Position numbers and translations under genes: made by a program
Assembly (NCBI GenBank): GCA_030265395.1
Contig: JARFYF010000074.1
Location: 66,214,295 to 66,278,294, forward strand
Length of the DNA: 64,000 nt
From: Rhina ancylostomus
Lineage: Eukaryota
Direction of reading: 5' to 3'
In this document: positions 25,738-36,990 of the stretch, piece after piece
Numbering within the stretch: the stretch's first letter is position 1
Layout: every line of letters starts with the position of its first letter
The notes under the pieces: model-generated
Seen by the model: only the letters and a program-made list of their open reading frames with translations
The model's database searches: none
Told to the model about the DNA's origin: nothing

Positions 25738-27366
25738 GATTTCAATGTTTTAGGAAAGATGCAGAGGGAGGTAAAAGGGTAGTGGGGGGTGGGGAAGGGG
25801 GCAGAGTTACACTATTAATCAGGGACAATATCACAACTGCACTCAGGGTAGACATAATAGAGGGCCATCCACTTCATCCCCTGAGTCTATATGGGAGGAA
25901 CTCAAAAATAAGAAAGGTGAAATCATGCTGACGGGATTATACTACAGACCCCCCACAGTAGCCACCAGGACTTTAAGGAACACATGCAGGCAGATTAGGG
26001 AAAAGCGTGAAACCAGTTGTTGTCATGGGTGACTTCAACTTCCTCANNNNNNNNNNNNNNNNNNNNNNNNNNNNNNNNNNNNNNNNNNNNNNNNNNNNNN
26101 NNNNNNNNNNNNNNNNNNNNNNNNNNNNNNNNNNNNNNNNNNNNNNNNNNNNNNNNNNNNNNNNNNNNNNNNNNNNNNNNNNNNNNNNNNNNNNNNNNNN
26201 NNNNNNNNNNNNNNNNNNNNNNNNNNNNNNNNNNNNNNNNNNNNNNNNNNNNNNNNNNNNNNNNNNNNNNNNNNNNNNNNNNNNNNNNNNNNNNNNNNNN
26301 NNNNNNNNNNNNNNNNNNNNNNNNNNNNNNNNNNNNNNNNNNNNNNNNNNNNNNNNNNNNNNNNNNNNNNNNNNNNNNNNNNNNNNNNNNNNNNNNNNNN
26401 NNNNNNNNNNNNNNNNCAGGACAAGGTATGTTCCAGTAAGAAGGAAGGAAAAGGATAGCAAGGTAAGGGAACCTTGGATGTTGAGAAAGGCGGTGAATTT
26501 AGTTAAGAAGGAAAAGGAAGTGTATATAAGGTTTAGAAATCTATAATGAAATGGAGCCCCTGAGAATTATAAAGAAGCTAGAAAATAACTAAAGAGGGGA
26601 ATCAGAAGAGTCAGGAAGGGCCAAGAAAAGTCCTTGGCAAGTAGGATTAAAGAAAATCGCAAGGCATTCCATATATACATCAAGATTAAGAAGGTAAATA
26701 GGAGAGGGTGAACCACTCAAGAATAAAGGAGGGGAAAATGTGTTTGGAGATGGAGGAAGTGGGCAAGGTCCTAACTGAGTACTTCGCATCTGTATTTACC
26801 AAGGAGAAGGACGAGGAGGATAGTGAGATAGGTGTGGAGCCTGCTAATACGTGAGGGCATTTTGAGATAAAGAAAGATGCAGTGTTGGGTCTCTTAAAGA
26901 ATATTAAGGTGGATACGACCCCAAGGCCTGATGGGATATACTCCAGGTTATTGAGAGAGNNNNNNNNNNNNNNNNNNNNNNNNNNNNNNNNNNNNNNNNN
27001 NNNNNNNNNNNNNNNNNNNNNNNNNNNNNNNNNNNNNNNNNNNNNNNNNNNNNNNNNNNTATTAAGGTGGATACGACCCCAAGGCCTGATGGGATATACT
27101 CCACGTTATTGAGAGAGGCAAGAGGTGAGATTGCTGGGGCCTTGACTAAGATCTTTGAGTCCTCTCCAGCCACAGGTGAGGATTTTATGATAGAGTCATT
27201 TGAGAGGCTCTGAGATAGGCACATGAATGAGAGGAGAATGGAGCGATATGGACATCGTGCAGGCAGAAGGGATTAGTTCAGTTAGGCATTTAATTACTAG
27301 TTTAATTAGTTCGGCACAACATCATGAGCTGAAGGGCCTGTTCCTGTGCGGTACTGTTCTGTGTTC
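25738..27366 (+). mobile_element. CR1 LINE fragment (APE and start of RT, internal deletion, 3' tail), with gaps
   Basis: GFQCFRKD, GGRVTLLIRDNIT, VVVMGDFNF, LKNIKVDTTPRPDGIYSRLLRE; tail gaagggcctgttcctgtgcggtactgttctgtgttc. Confidence 0.92.
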
Positions 27367-27439
27367 AAGAAGCTGCCTAACCTGCTGAGAGTTTCCAATA
27401 TTTTCTGCACATTGCTCTTTCATTTTTGGCACATAGGTT

Positions 27440-27750
27440 TAAATTCCTCCACCCTCCCATCCCCCCTCTCTCTTCTCCTCCTTCCTTTCCCCTTCACTTT
27501 TTTTCTCTATTTCTCCCTCCCTTTCATACATTCTCTCCATCACCATCATCTCCCTCATCTCTCACCTGTTCAACCTCTCTCTCCCTCCGATACACTTTCC
27601 CTCTTCTTCACACATATTCCCTTCTCCTCATACTCTTCCTCCATCACAAAATCCACTCCCTCTTTCTTTCTTCGTCTCCTTCTTCCTTCCTCATGTGCAC
27701 CTCACCTACCCGTCATCTTTCCCCTTTTCTCATTTCCTTTTCCCTAGCTG
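27440..27750. repeat. Polypyrimidine low-complexity tract
   Basis: About 310 bp almost entirely C/T. A similar tract lies at about 40520-40790. Confidence 0.85.
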
Positions 27751-29366
27751 CCCCACCTCACTGTTTCATAGACAACAGCACCTTGAATGATGGTGAGCAG
27801 GCAGGAAACTGCCATAAGTGCTAACACCTGCTCAGCCTGATAGCATTTCTGGCCAGTAACACTGATGGGAGAATGAGGAAGAAAACAATGAGGGAGATTA
27901 ACAAAAGACATTTCACCAGTACCCTTCAAGGTTGGCACGCCAAGTAACATGCATCAGTCATGGAATAGTGATACAGTAAGCAACATTACAGTCTTTACAC
28001 ATAGACAATTTTACAATTCAATAGTTTTGGCCAGTTTTAAATAATAATCTGGCATAGTTAACTCCCAAGAACTGGTTTGAATCAAGAGAGGAAGAAAATG
28101 TTTAGCCCAATACTATGTCAGGAAGAAAATATGCTTGAAAATTTTTCTATGCTCTGTGATGAAGTATATATTCTGGCACAGTATTGCCTACAAGCAACTG
28201 AATGGTATGCTCCTGTTTGACCTACGTTATTTGCAAAATAAGTTATTTGGAAAATCATTTCTCATGAAGGCACTGCCCCTTTAAATTTAACTCAGAGGCT
28301 CCGTGCTAAGAAAGGGTTGACAGAAAGTAATCCCTCTTTTACACAACATTCTTGCAGTTGATGGTGTGACGACTTCATTTTGCAATCACATTTCCAGGTA
28401 CTGTGCCTTTCTCAAGATTACTTAATCAACTTTGAGCATTCCCATGGTTACATATTCAGAATATCAGTATATGGCCTCATAAAGCATTAAGTCAGGCAAT
28501 GCCTGTGACAACAAAGGCAGTTAGCAAGAAAGGACTTATATTTATACAGTGCCTTCAGGACTGAGTGGCATCCCAAAGTGTTTTAGAGTCAATCAAATAC
28601 TTTTTGAAGTGTATTCACAGTTACAATGTAGGAAATATAACAATTAATTAGCAAATAGCAAATGTTTACAAGTAACATTGAGATAACTTGAAAAAAAGGT
28701 TAAATTCAATTGCCCCTTCCCCAAAATAGGCACAGGGATCAGTATGTGCAATTAACCCGTTCCCTACACTGCAATATATCCAATATGGCTCAATTCATAA
28801 TTCCTGTTCATTATAATGACAGCAGTGTTGTTGATTTACTGGATGTATCAGCGGGGACCAAGGTAGTGAGTAGGTAGCACCAGTTATAACTAACTGGCAC
28901 TGCTTACATTTAGCCAAAGCAACTGGAGCAAGTGTTGGCAGGCATTCTACAAGGGAATTTGACCTTGGGAAACAATGAAGAATTGAGTTACAACTGTGCA
29001 AATGTGGTTGGTCCTGACTTCCACTGAGTCCCTGGCTCCCTGGGGTTTCAGGCTTATAGCCCAATTATGATAAAAAAATCTATGATTTTGCATGTAAAAT
29101 GGAGGTGAACTTGCACATGTTAGTGCCTCCTTGCACCTGCTGGCCCTTTAGGTCATGGTCACAGGCATTCCTAAAGGAATCTTCGTGAGTTGCTGTCATT
29201 TTTACATACTGCACCCATGCTACATTGATTGAGAAGGCACCAACTATTTAAGGTAGTGCAAGGGATACTGATTGATGAAATTATTGAATGTTCAGAGATC
29301 CCTTTGGGATTATATATCAATACTGAGCAGAATGGGAGCCAAACTGCAAATCTTGGTTATAACATA

Positions 29367-29495
29367 GACACGAAAGAAGTCTGCAGATGCTGGAATCTGC
29401 AGCAATACACAAAAAGTACTGGAGGATCTCAGCAGGTCAAGCAGCATCCATGGAGGGAAATAAACAGTTGACGTTTCGGGCTGAGACCCTTCATC
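29367..29495 (-). mobile_element. Penelope-derived short 3' terminus truncated at the hammerhead core
   Basis: Minus strand (t)TGATGAaGGGtctcagCCCGAAACGTCaactg; possible 6-bp TSD aacata (29361-29366, 29496-29501). Confidence 0.75.
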
Positions 29496-29654
29496 AACAT
29501 ATCCAACACCTTCTCACCAACTCCTACCATAGCCACATATTAACATGGAGTCATGAGGAGTGGTTCATTATATGACTGAAAACATAACATTAACTGATTT
29601 CTAACCCAAATATTACTGAAAAAAAAAGAATAATCTGCTATACCTGGCAGGTAC

Positions 29655-30055
29655 CTACCTTAAATGTATGTCCTCTAGTATTTGACATTTTTACCCTAGA
29701 AAAAAGATTCTGACTGTCTACCATATCGATGCCTCTCATAATTTTATAAACTTTTATCAGGTCTCCCCTCAGCCTCCAACATTCCAGAGAAAACAACCCA
29801 ACGTTGTCCAACCTGATCATACCCTCTAATCCAGGCAGCATCCCAGTAAACCTCTTCTGTTCCCTTTCCAAAGCCTCCACATCCTTCCTGCAATGGATGC
29901 AGAATTGCACCCATTGCAATTGGGTGCAATTCTGCAATTCTGAGGGACCAGAATTGCACACAATACTCCATGTGCTGCCTACCCAAAGTTTTGTATAGTT
30001 GCAACATGACTTCCTGACTCTTATACTCAATGCCCTGATTAATGAAGGCAAGTAT
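29655..30055 (-). mobile_element. CR1 LINE 3'-RT fragment
   Basis: LQLYKTLGRQHMEYCVQFWS, RKDVEALEREQKRFTGMLPGLE, GLFSLECWRLRGDLIKVYKIMRGID. Confidence 0.93.
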
Positions 30056-31589
30056 GTCACCTTATCTACTAATAGGAATCAAATGACCCACCAAAAGACT
30101 GTGGGGCAAGGAAAGAAAGAGTGGACCTTCTTTATACATGCATGTCTAATCTTAATTATACCATTGGGATCCAACCCCAATTTTAATTGTATGGCCCAAA
30201 TTGCTATAGCCTCCCTACCACATGGGGATTACAAGAGTAGAAGCACAGTCCAAAAAAGTAACTTTTCTTCACCTGAGAGCCTTGTTGAGTGGGTTACAGT
30301 TAGAAACAGTGTGGAATGAAACACTTCAGAAGTCCAAATGCCATAGAACCAATGAACATCCAGAAAATACATTGGAAATCTGGATTTGATACAAGGGCCT
30401 CAATCTGGCACTTCAGTTAGTTGAGACTGAGGTTTGTTGAAGGGTTTCTGTCAGATATTTTAGCATGGAAATCTAATCACTGTGCCTGCTGAGGTAAGCT
30501 ACAACCATTGTTTAAAATTTCTTGAGCAAATGTTAATGCCAGAACTAGCGCAGGCAGCCTTCTTTAAAAAGACTTAGCAGCCACATTAACCCTCAGGAGA
30601 GAACTTCCCATTTTGTAACTGATCATAATGAATATGTCCCCAGCATCAGTTGTGACTAATGGCACATTTTCTTCATCAGCTGAACCACTGTGAATCCTCT
30701 ATCAGGAAAAATGATGAGCTGAGTTCAGTTCTTTAAGCTGTACATGTGCCCATCCACAGCAGTCAGCAAAGAATTTCAAATCAAGAAACATGAGACACAA
30801 TCCTCAGTGCTGATTTTTTTTTTGTCAACTTACGTCTCATAAATCCAGCAGCTGGGTGAGAAATTCAGCCTGGTTCCATTTGGAAACTGAAGCTAATTAT
30901 ACTTTGTCCCTGTGAGTGCATTTTTAGCCATACACAATCAAGTGGTAACTTATCTCTGGTGAAATTCTATAAAATGCCAGGTTGAGAACTCATATTTAAA
31001 CACATGGTGGCCTCACTGAGCTACAGCCGGAGTCTGTCAAAAGAGTTAATAGGGGTTTTACTTTCATTTCCATTCCAGGTTTTATTTAGATTTCATTTCA
31101 ATTCCTCTTAATATTTCTTAATGGCCTCTAGGGAATTGTACTGACTACTGTACAAACCATCCATTTCTACTCACTCCTGACTCAGAGGATTGTGGTTTCC
31201 AGTCACATGTCAGAGACCTGAGAACATAACTGAGGCTGACATTCCATTCTGACAACCATAGCATTAGGTTCTCGGGCACTGTAGGCATCATTTTGCTTGG
31301 AAATTAGCCTCTGATGTATCATGTCATGTCTGATGCAATACTGATGAGGATGTAGGATGCATACACCTACCTGCCTTTTAAGACAAGAACAGGAGGAATT
31401 CCTTCTCCCAGTGTGGTGAACCTTTGGAATTTTCTACCCCGATTGAATACGTTCAAGGCTGAAGTGCACTCATTGCAGGATTATAGGGGAGTGAAGAGTT
31501 ATTCAGAACTATCATCATTTTGAATGGCAGAGCAGGCTATTCCTGGACCTATTTCTTGGGTTCTTTTAACTCCACCTTTCAAGTGTGTG

Positions 31590-31830
31590 GGCAAAATGCA
31601 TACAATGATTGTTATGCTGCCATACATAATGTCACAGAGCAGATCATTAGTTTGCTGAAACAATGCTTCCATTGGTCGAGCTGCTATATAGGAGCACTAT
31701 ACCCTTCTCAGCAAAGTAGGCGTTCAGATTCACAGCAGGATGTACACTTTGAAGTGCAGACAATGGAGGAAAAGCACAGTGGGGGGCAGAGAGCGGAGGA
31801 AAGATACTAGAAACCTAAGCAGCACATTTC
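31590..31830 (+). mobile_element. Harbinger/PIF nuclease C-terminal remnant
   Basis: YNDCYAAIHNVTEQIISLLKQCFHWSSCYIGALYP resembles the HARBI1-type YNxxHxxTRxxIEQTIGxLKxRFRCLDRSGGALQYSP. Confidence 0.7.
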
Positions 31831-32099
31831 TGCCTGACTGTCCATGAAGAATCCATCTGGCAATGATACCAGTGAATATAAGTCCAAATCTCCATTCAAC
31901 AACAGTCACCCACCGTGCATTCCCTCTTTCACTGTCACAGCATCTGCTTGGCCACAACACAGAAACAAAATCAACACAGAACAAATACGGCAAATCAAAA
32001 TCGTGAATCAAGTTCAGCTGCATGGCAAAGAATATTACTTGATCATATTTTCAATGATAGGTTGGTGTTTCCGGCATTCCCTTAGTATCTGCCTTTCAT

Positions 32100-33240
32100 T
32101 TGTCTTTGCCTTTCCTGCTGCTTCTACAAAGAGCCACCACAGTGGCTATAACCTGGCCTGTAGAAAGCTTCTGAGCTCAAGTGAGGGAGACTGTATATAG
32201 CCTTGGAAGGCAACTTTCAGCAACTCTAGACTGAAGGACCTATTTCGGAGTGCACCATTGAACCATGAGTGGCAGGAGTCCAGGCTGACAAGCTGACTGG
32301 CAACAGCATGGACGTGGGCGGAGTTTCCGTGGTGGGAGGATGAATTCTATCATCCTGATAGAGTGCAGCAGTCCATTGCCACTTTCCCACAGTATTACCA
32401 TAGCAGTCTTAATCAAAGGGGAGGAAGCTGGATCATTGTGATGCCCTTTGAACACTGAAATTCATAGTCATGCTTGCAGTAGTCTGAGTTTGAATCACTG
32501 GCAAGACGACCTTACATCAGAAGACCGCTGTGTTGTTCAGAAGCTGGGTGGCTGCTGCTAATGTTGCAACTGGAGCCGCCACATCTGACACTGCGTCCTG
32601 ACTGGGCCACATGTATGCTGTTAGAGCGAGCTGCCCACCACTTTCAAAAAGTTGAAATGGATGAGCAAGCCTTGTGCTATGTTGGGGCTGAGCTCTTACA
32701 TGCTTCCTACATGCTCCTTGACATTACACACTGGCTCTGTGGAAGGATTCTCATTACATTAAGCATTTTATTGCATGTGTCCACCAACCATCTTCTGTAG
32801 GCTGACCCATCAATGCTGATCCAACATGAGCAGCAGATACTCATGCACAATTTCACTCTCTGGCAGATATGCGCCTCTTGATCCTTCCCTAGATACAGGT
32901 AGGGTGAAATAGTGATGGCTTATAAATATCACTGAGCTAATAATCTGCTTTTAGGAATAAAAAATAGGAAATCAGAAGACACCACAGTCACTCAACAGAC
33001 CAGACAACAGTTGCGCAGAAATCAACATTTAGCTTTTCATTGGCACAACAATCAGAATTTTTGCCTTGGTCCTCAACATTCTGTTCACCAGTTATGATCG
33101 ATGGCACGTTTGGAACACTGAGGCTAACATTAGCAGAGGCTGGCTACTCTACAGATAGTGATACTTTTACCGACTCTGCAAGTTTCTGCCACTACTGAGG
33201 AGATTGTGGTCAGGAAGATGATCGAAAAATGGTCTGGATT
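32100..33240 (-). mobile_element. Harbinger accessory (Myb/SANT partner) gene remnant, convergent with the nuclease remnant
   Basis: Minus-strand RRWLVDTCNKMLNVMRILPQSQCVMSRSM is homologous to KRKLMDTYKKASSALAGLP at about 55150; WQKLAESV Myb-like trace near 33180. Confidence 0.45.
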
Positions 33241-33293
33241 ATTACAACGAAACTCAAAGATCTCAACACCATTTAAGAGAGAGCAGTTCACTT

Positions 33294-33390
33294 ACTAATG
33301 CAGGGTCTCAACCCGAAATGTCAACTATCTCTTTGCCTCCACAGATGCTGCTCAAACCACTGAGTTCCTCCAACAGTTTGTTTTTTGTTC
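33294..33390 (+). mobile_element. Penelope-derived short 3' terminus, degenerate hammerhead
   Basis: ctaatgcagggtctcaacccgaaatgtcaac...cacagatgctgct...ctgagttcctcca. Confidence 0.7.
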
Positions 33391-35069
33391 AGTTCACTTT
33401 CTGGCTACTTCTGGCATACAGTAGGCACAAATATGTAGGTTCTACAGACTGTACAACAATCAATAACAAGAATTACTCCCTCTATCCTGCACCTTTCTCC
33501 ATTGAGAAAGCTATAACACTGGAATTATGCACAAGCTATTGATTATAAATCTTCTTTTGAGCCATATTTCCTATCTTAGTCACATATTGCCATTCCTTCT
33601 TCTTTGCTAGATAAACTTGCTGGAACACAATATCCAGTAACCATGCATCCACAAGAACTGCACCTATGTACCAACAATATTTAGCAATTGAGTATTGATA
33701 TGTGGTGTACCGATATTTGCCTATCCTGATAATAAGTAAATAAGCAAAATCCCACGGAGCTCACAACCAACTCAAGCCACAATGGTTGAGAGCATTGTTG
33801 TCATTGTTGTTACATTATCCCTTATTCCAAAGAACATATGTCATAGAAGTCCTAGGACACTTCACAGCCATATTAATAAACAAAAATTGACACCCATAAG
33901 AGCAGATGAAGAAGTAAAATTAAGAAGTGCCTCAAAGGAGAAGAGAGAGGCAGAGGGGTCTGTGGAGGGAATTCCACGGATCAGGGCACAGGCATTTGAG
34001 GCAAAGCCACCAGTGATGGAACATTCCAATTTCTTTTGAGACCAGAACTGATGTCGTGCAGATATCCTGAAGTACAGCTGGAAGCAATTACAAAGACGAA
34101 GAGGGCAAGGCCATAGAGGTATTTGAACATGTGGATGAGAAGTTTAAAATACAGGCATTGCTTGAGCAGGGGTTAGTGTTGGTCAGCAAACTCAGCGCCA
34201 TGGGCTACTGAGATGGTGCAAGTTAGGACATGAACAGCAAAGTACTGAATGACCTCAGGTTTCTGGCAAGTATTTCAGATGTATTTGCAATCACAGAGTC
34301 TATATGTCATGGATGAGGTGCTCATCAGCAAATAAGCTGAAGCTGTTGCTGTGGCTTCTAATAAAGCAATTTATTTTTAAAAAGCATTGTTGAGGATTTT
34401 TTTGCCATTTAATAATGTGAATATGTTGTTGAGTTCAGGGTTCATGGGGTGAGATCACAAAACAGCAGCCCTCTTTACTCTGAGCTTGGTCTGTAGTCTG
34501 ATGCCCCTCATGTCCCAGAGGCCCTCACACACTTTCCCAAAGACTTGGTGCATTGGTGCTCCTGCAGGACACTTCTGCACCAATATGGGCTCCTCTAGAC
34601 ATGATGCTGCCCAAGCAGGAGAGTCACTCTTTGGGAGGAAGTGTCTGATCATTGATGATGATGATTGATGGAATGTATTCCTTGATTAGTAATGGTTGGG
34701 ACATGCACAAGGGCTTAAGTTTGATCACTTTTGGAGGAGTATATCAAACACAGAATACAGATACACTTGTGTCCTTTGTGTATCCAATAATTATTGGAGA
34801 CCCCCCCGTTCTTATACATTGCCCATCCTGCTCATGCCCTTGATTAGACGAGTGCAACCAAAAGTAAAACCTTATTAAGAAAATGCCTCATTTTTGTCTT
34901 AGTTGTCTGAGACAAAATAAGATGAGATGGCAACACAAGATCCTCAATAACAAGGTTCTTAAACAAAATGCACCACATGCGTTGTACTGAAATCACAACT
35001 TACTTAATGCTGAAACCCTCAGCCATGACTCTGTATTGAAGCCAGATGACAATGTTGCTGTGCTGCCAA

Positions 35070-35103
35070 TGCAGTTGTTAAATGTGGCCACTAGATGGTA
35101 CAT
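35070..35103 (+). promoter_or_regulatory. Candidate CTCF site (core plus upstream module)
   Basis: TGGCCACTAGATGGTACA at 35085-35102 matches the CTCF core; a TGCAG upstream module begins 15 nt before it. Confidence 0.5.
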
Positions 35104-35829
35104 AGTCTGACTCTTCATTTTCTGGGAAATGTTGAATGTGTCCTATTGATTGACAGAGGAACGTCTTCCTATTTTCAGCATTGGGGCATAATTAGTTTAC
35201 TGAGTTATAATTAGAGCCTTCCACATTGTCACGTACAGGAAGCAGATGATTCTGTTTGATATTTAAAAACAAGCATTGTCAATGTGAATAGTGATATGTT
35301 CCAAAATGCTCAAAAATAAATTATGATCACATACATACTGTACGCAATCTATGCATTTGAACTGTTTTACTGAAATCACCAACAACCTTTAGTCCTGGAT
35401 TTGTTTTCAATTGTGTACAAAACTACGATATTGTGAGCCTAAATGGATGCCTCTAAGATTATGCTGCTTCAAGTTACTGCCAAGGACCCAGAATACAGGG
35501 GATACCAGTGGCAGTTAAAACTGCCAACTCTGTTTGGCTGTATTCCAAGACATTCCATTGCAAGACCTCCAGCCTCCAAGCACCCTACTCCCATGATTCC
35601 ATCACTCTTTGCCCAAGGTAACTGTCCTCATATTACCCAATGCTTTTTAATCGAGCTTACTTACTGGGAGTCTGACCTTTTGTTCCTGTTAAGTGTGGCA
35701 GGCCTTGGAGGAGATAGGAAACTTGGCATCTGTGGTTCACAGAGCTCTTCTACACTAGGGTTTTCTTCAGCTCAGTCATTTGTGGAGAAAACAACAATAT
35801 CAGTGTATTACGAAGCTCCAGGATATTGG

Positions 35830-36340
35830 AGAGCAAACAAAATGATCACTTTCCTTCTAGCAGTCCCTATGTTCCCATGCTCATACTGTGTCAGCCAACA
35901 GGCAGTTATTAGTAAATCTAGGCATCTTTATTTGGAAATAACAAGATTTCCTTGGTATTTTTTGTCATTCCAAGTAATTTCCCACTCCAAGTAGCTGGAA
36001 GTGTGACCAGTGGGGTCCTGCACATCAAGCAAACGGACTATTGATGAATTGCAGCTGATCTTCACAACCCATGGATTGTTAGAACCAGTTTCAGATTATG
36101 GGCCACAATTCCATTCCAGACAGTTAGCGAAAATGATATGCAGCCTCACATCCACTGCCTCAAATGGGGAAGAAGGAAGATCTGTTCAGACTGTGAAGGA
36201 AGCAATAGGGAATCAGCCAACAACTTGGTCAAGTCTATGCAGCACAGAAGGGTGATCTTTCCACTGCTGTGTTAACAACATTCCATTCCACTGCTGGGTA
36301 CATCCAGCTGAGATGCTGATGAACGGCTGACTCAGCACAG
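35830..36340 (+). mobile_element. Gypsy (Mag/K02A2.6-like) integrase remnant
   Basis: SK*LEV, TSSKRTIDELQLIFTTHGLLEPVSDYGPQF, ASNGEEGRSVQTVKEA. Confidence 0.8.
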
Positions 36341-36559
36341 GGTTGAACCTGTGCAGCTGAACTTAATGGTGAGAGTGGAGGAGAGAAAGTGGAGCCTAAG
36401 CAGTCATTTCCAGCCAAGGCAGAAGGTATGTGTGATTTTCTTCCAAGTCACACACACCTGACTTGGAAATATATTGCTGCTATTTCACAATCACAACATT
36501 TCCTAAAGCATTTCAAATAGTGTTATTTCTAGCATAGTGGTAACAAATTTGGGAGGGCC

Positions 36560-36990
36560 ATCATTTATTTACCCATCCCTTATTGCCTTGAGAAGGTGAT
36601 AGCTAGCCACCTTCTTAAAGCACTGCAGTCCTTCTGGTGAAAGTACTCCCACTGTTCTGTTGGGCAGGGAGCTTGAGAATTTAGACCCAGTAACAATGAA
36701 GCAACAGCAATATATTTCCAGGTCAGGGTGGTGAGCAACTTGGAAGTAAACGGACAAAAGATGGTGGTACACACTGTGTTTCTGGTAGTGGAGAGAATGA
36801 AAGTTTAGGCTGGTTAATGGACTGTCAGTCAAGCCACTTGCTTTTGCCTGGGTGGTGTTGAGTTTCTTAAGCACCGTTGGAGCTACAGTCATTCAGACAA
36901 GTGGAGAATGTTCCATCATGTTCCTCACTTGTGCCTTGTAGATGGTGGAAAGGCTTTGGCAAGTTGGAAGATGAGCCACTTCTCAGCCCC
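36560..36990 (-). mobile_element. CR1/L2-group LINE 3' fragment (same family as 3029-3800)
   Basis: VAPTVLKKLNTTQAKA; tail HHLLK-type ...KAIRDG plus catttatt. Confidence 0.75.

Noticed and set aside
26900-27118. ~60-bp duplication within the CR1 around a 100-N gap
   Set aside because: Typical scaffold overlap artefact.
35443-35994. 183-aa plus-strand ORF
   Set aside because: It runs across a probable repeat and into the Gypsy remnant out of frame, and has no coherent domain.
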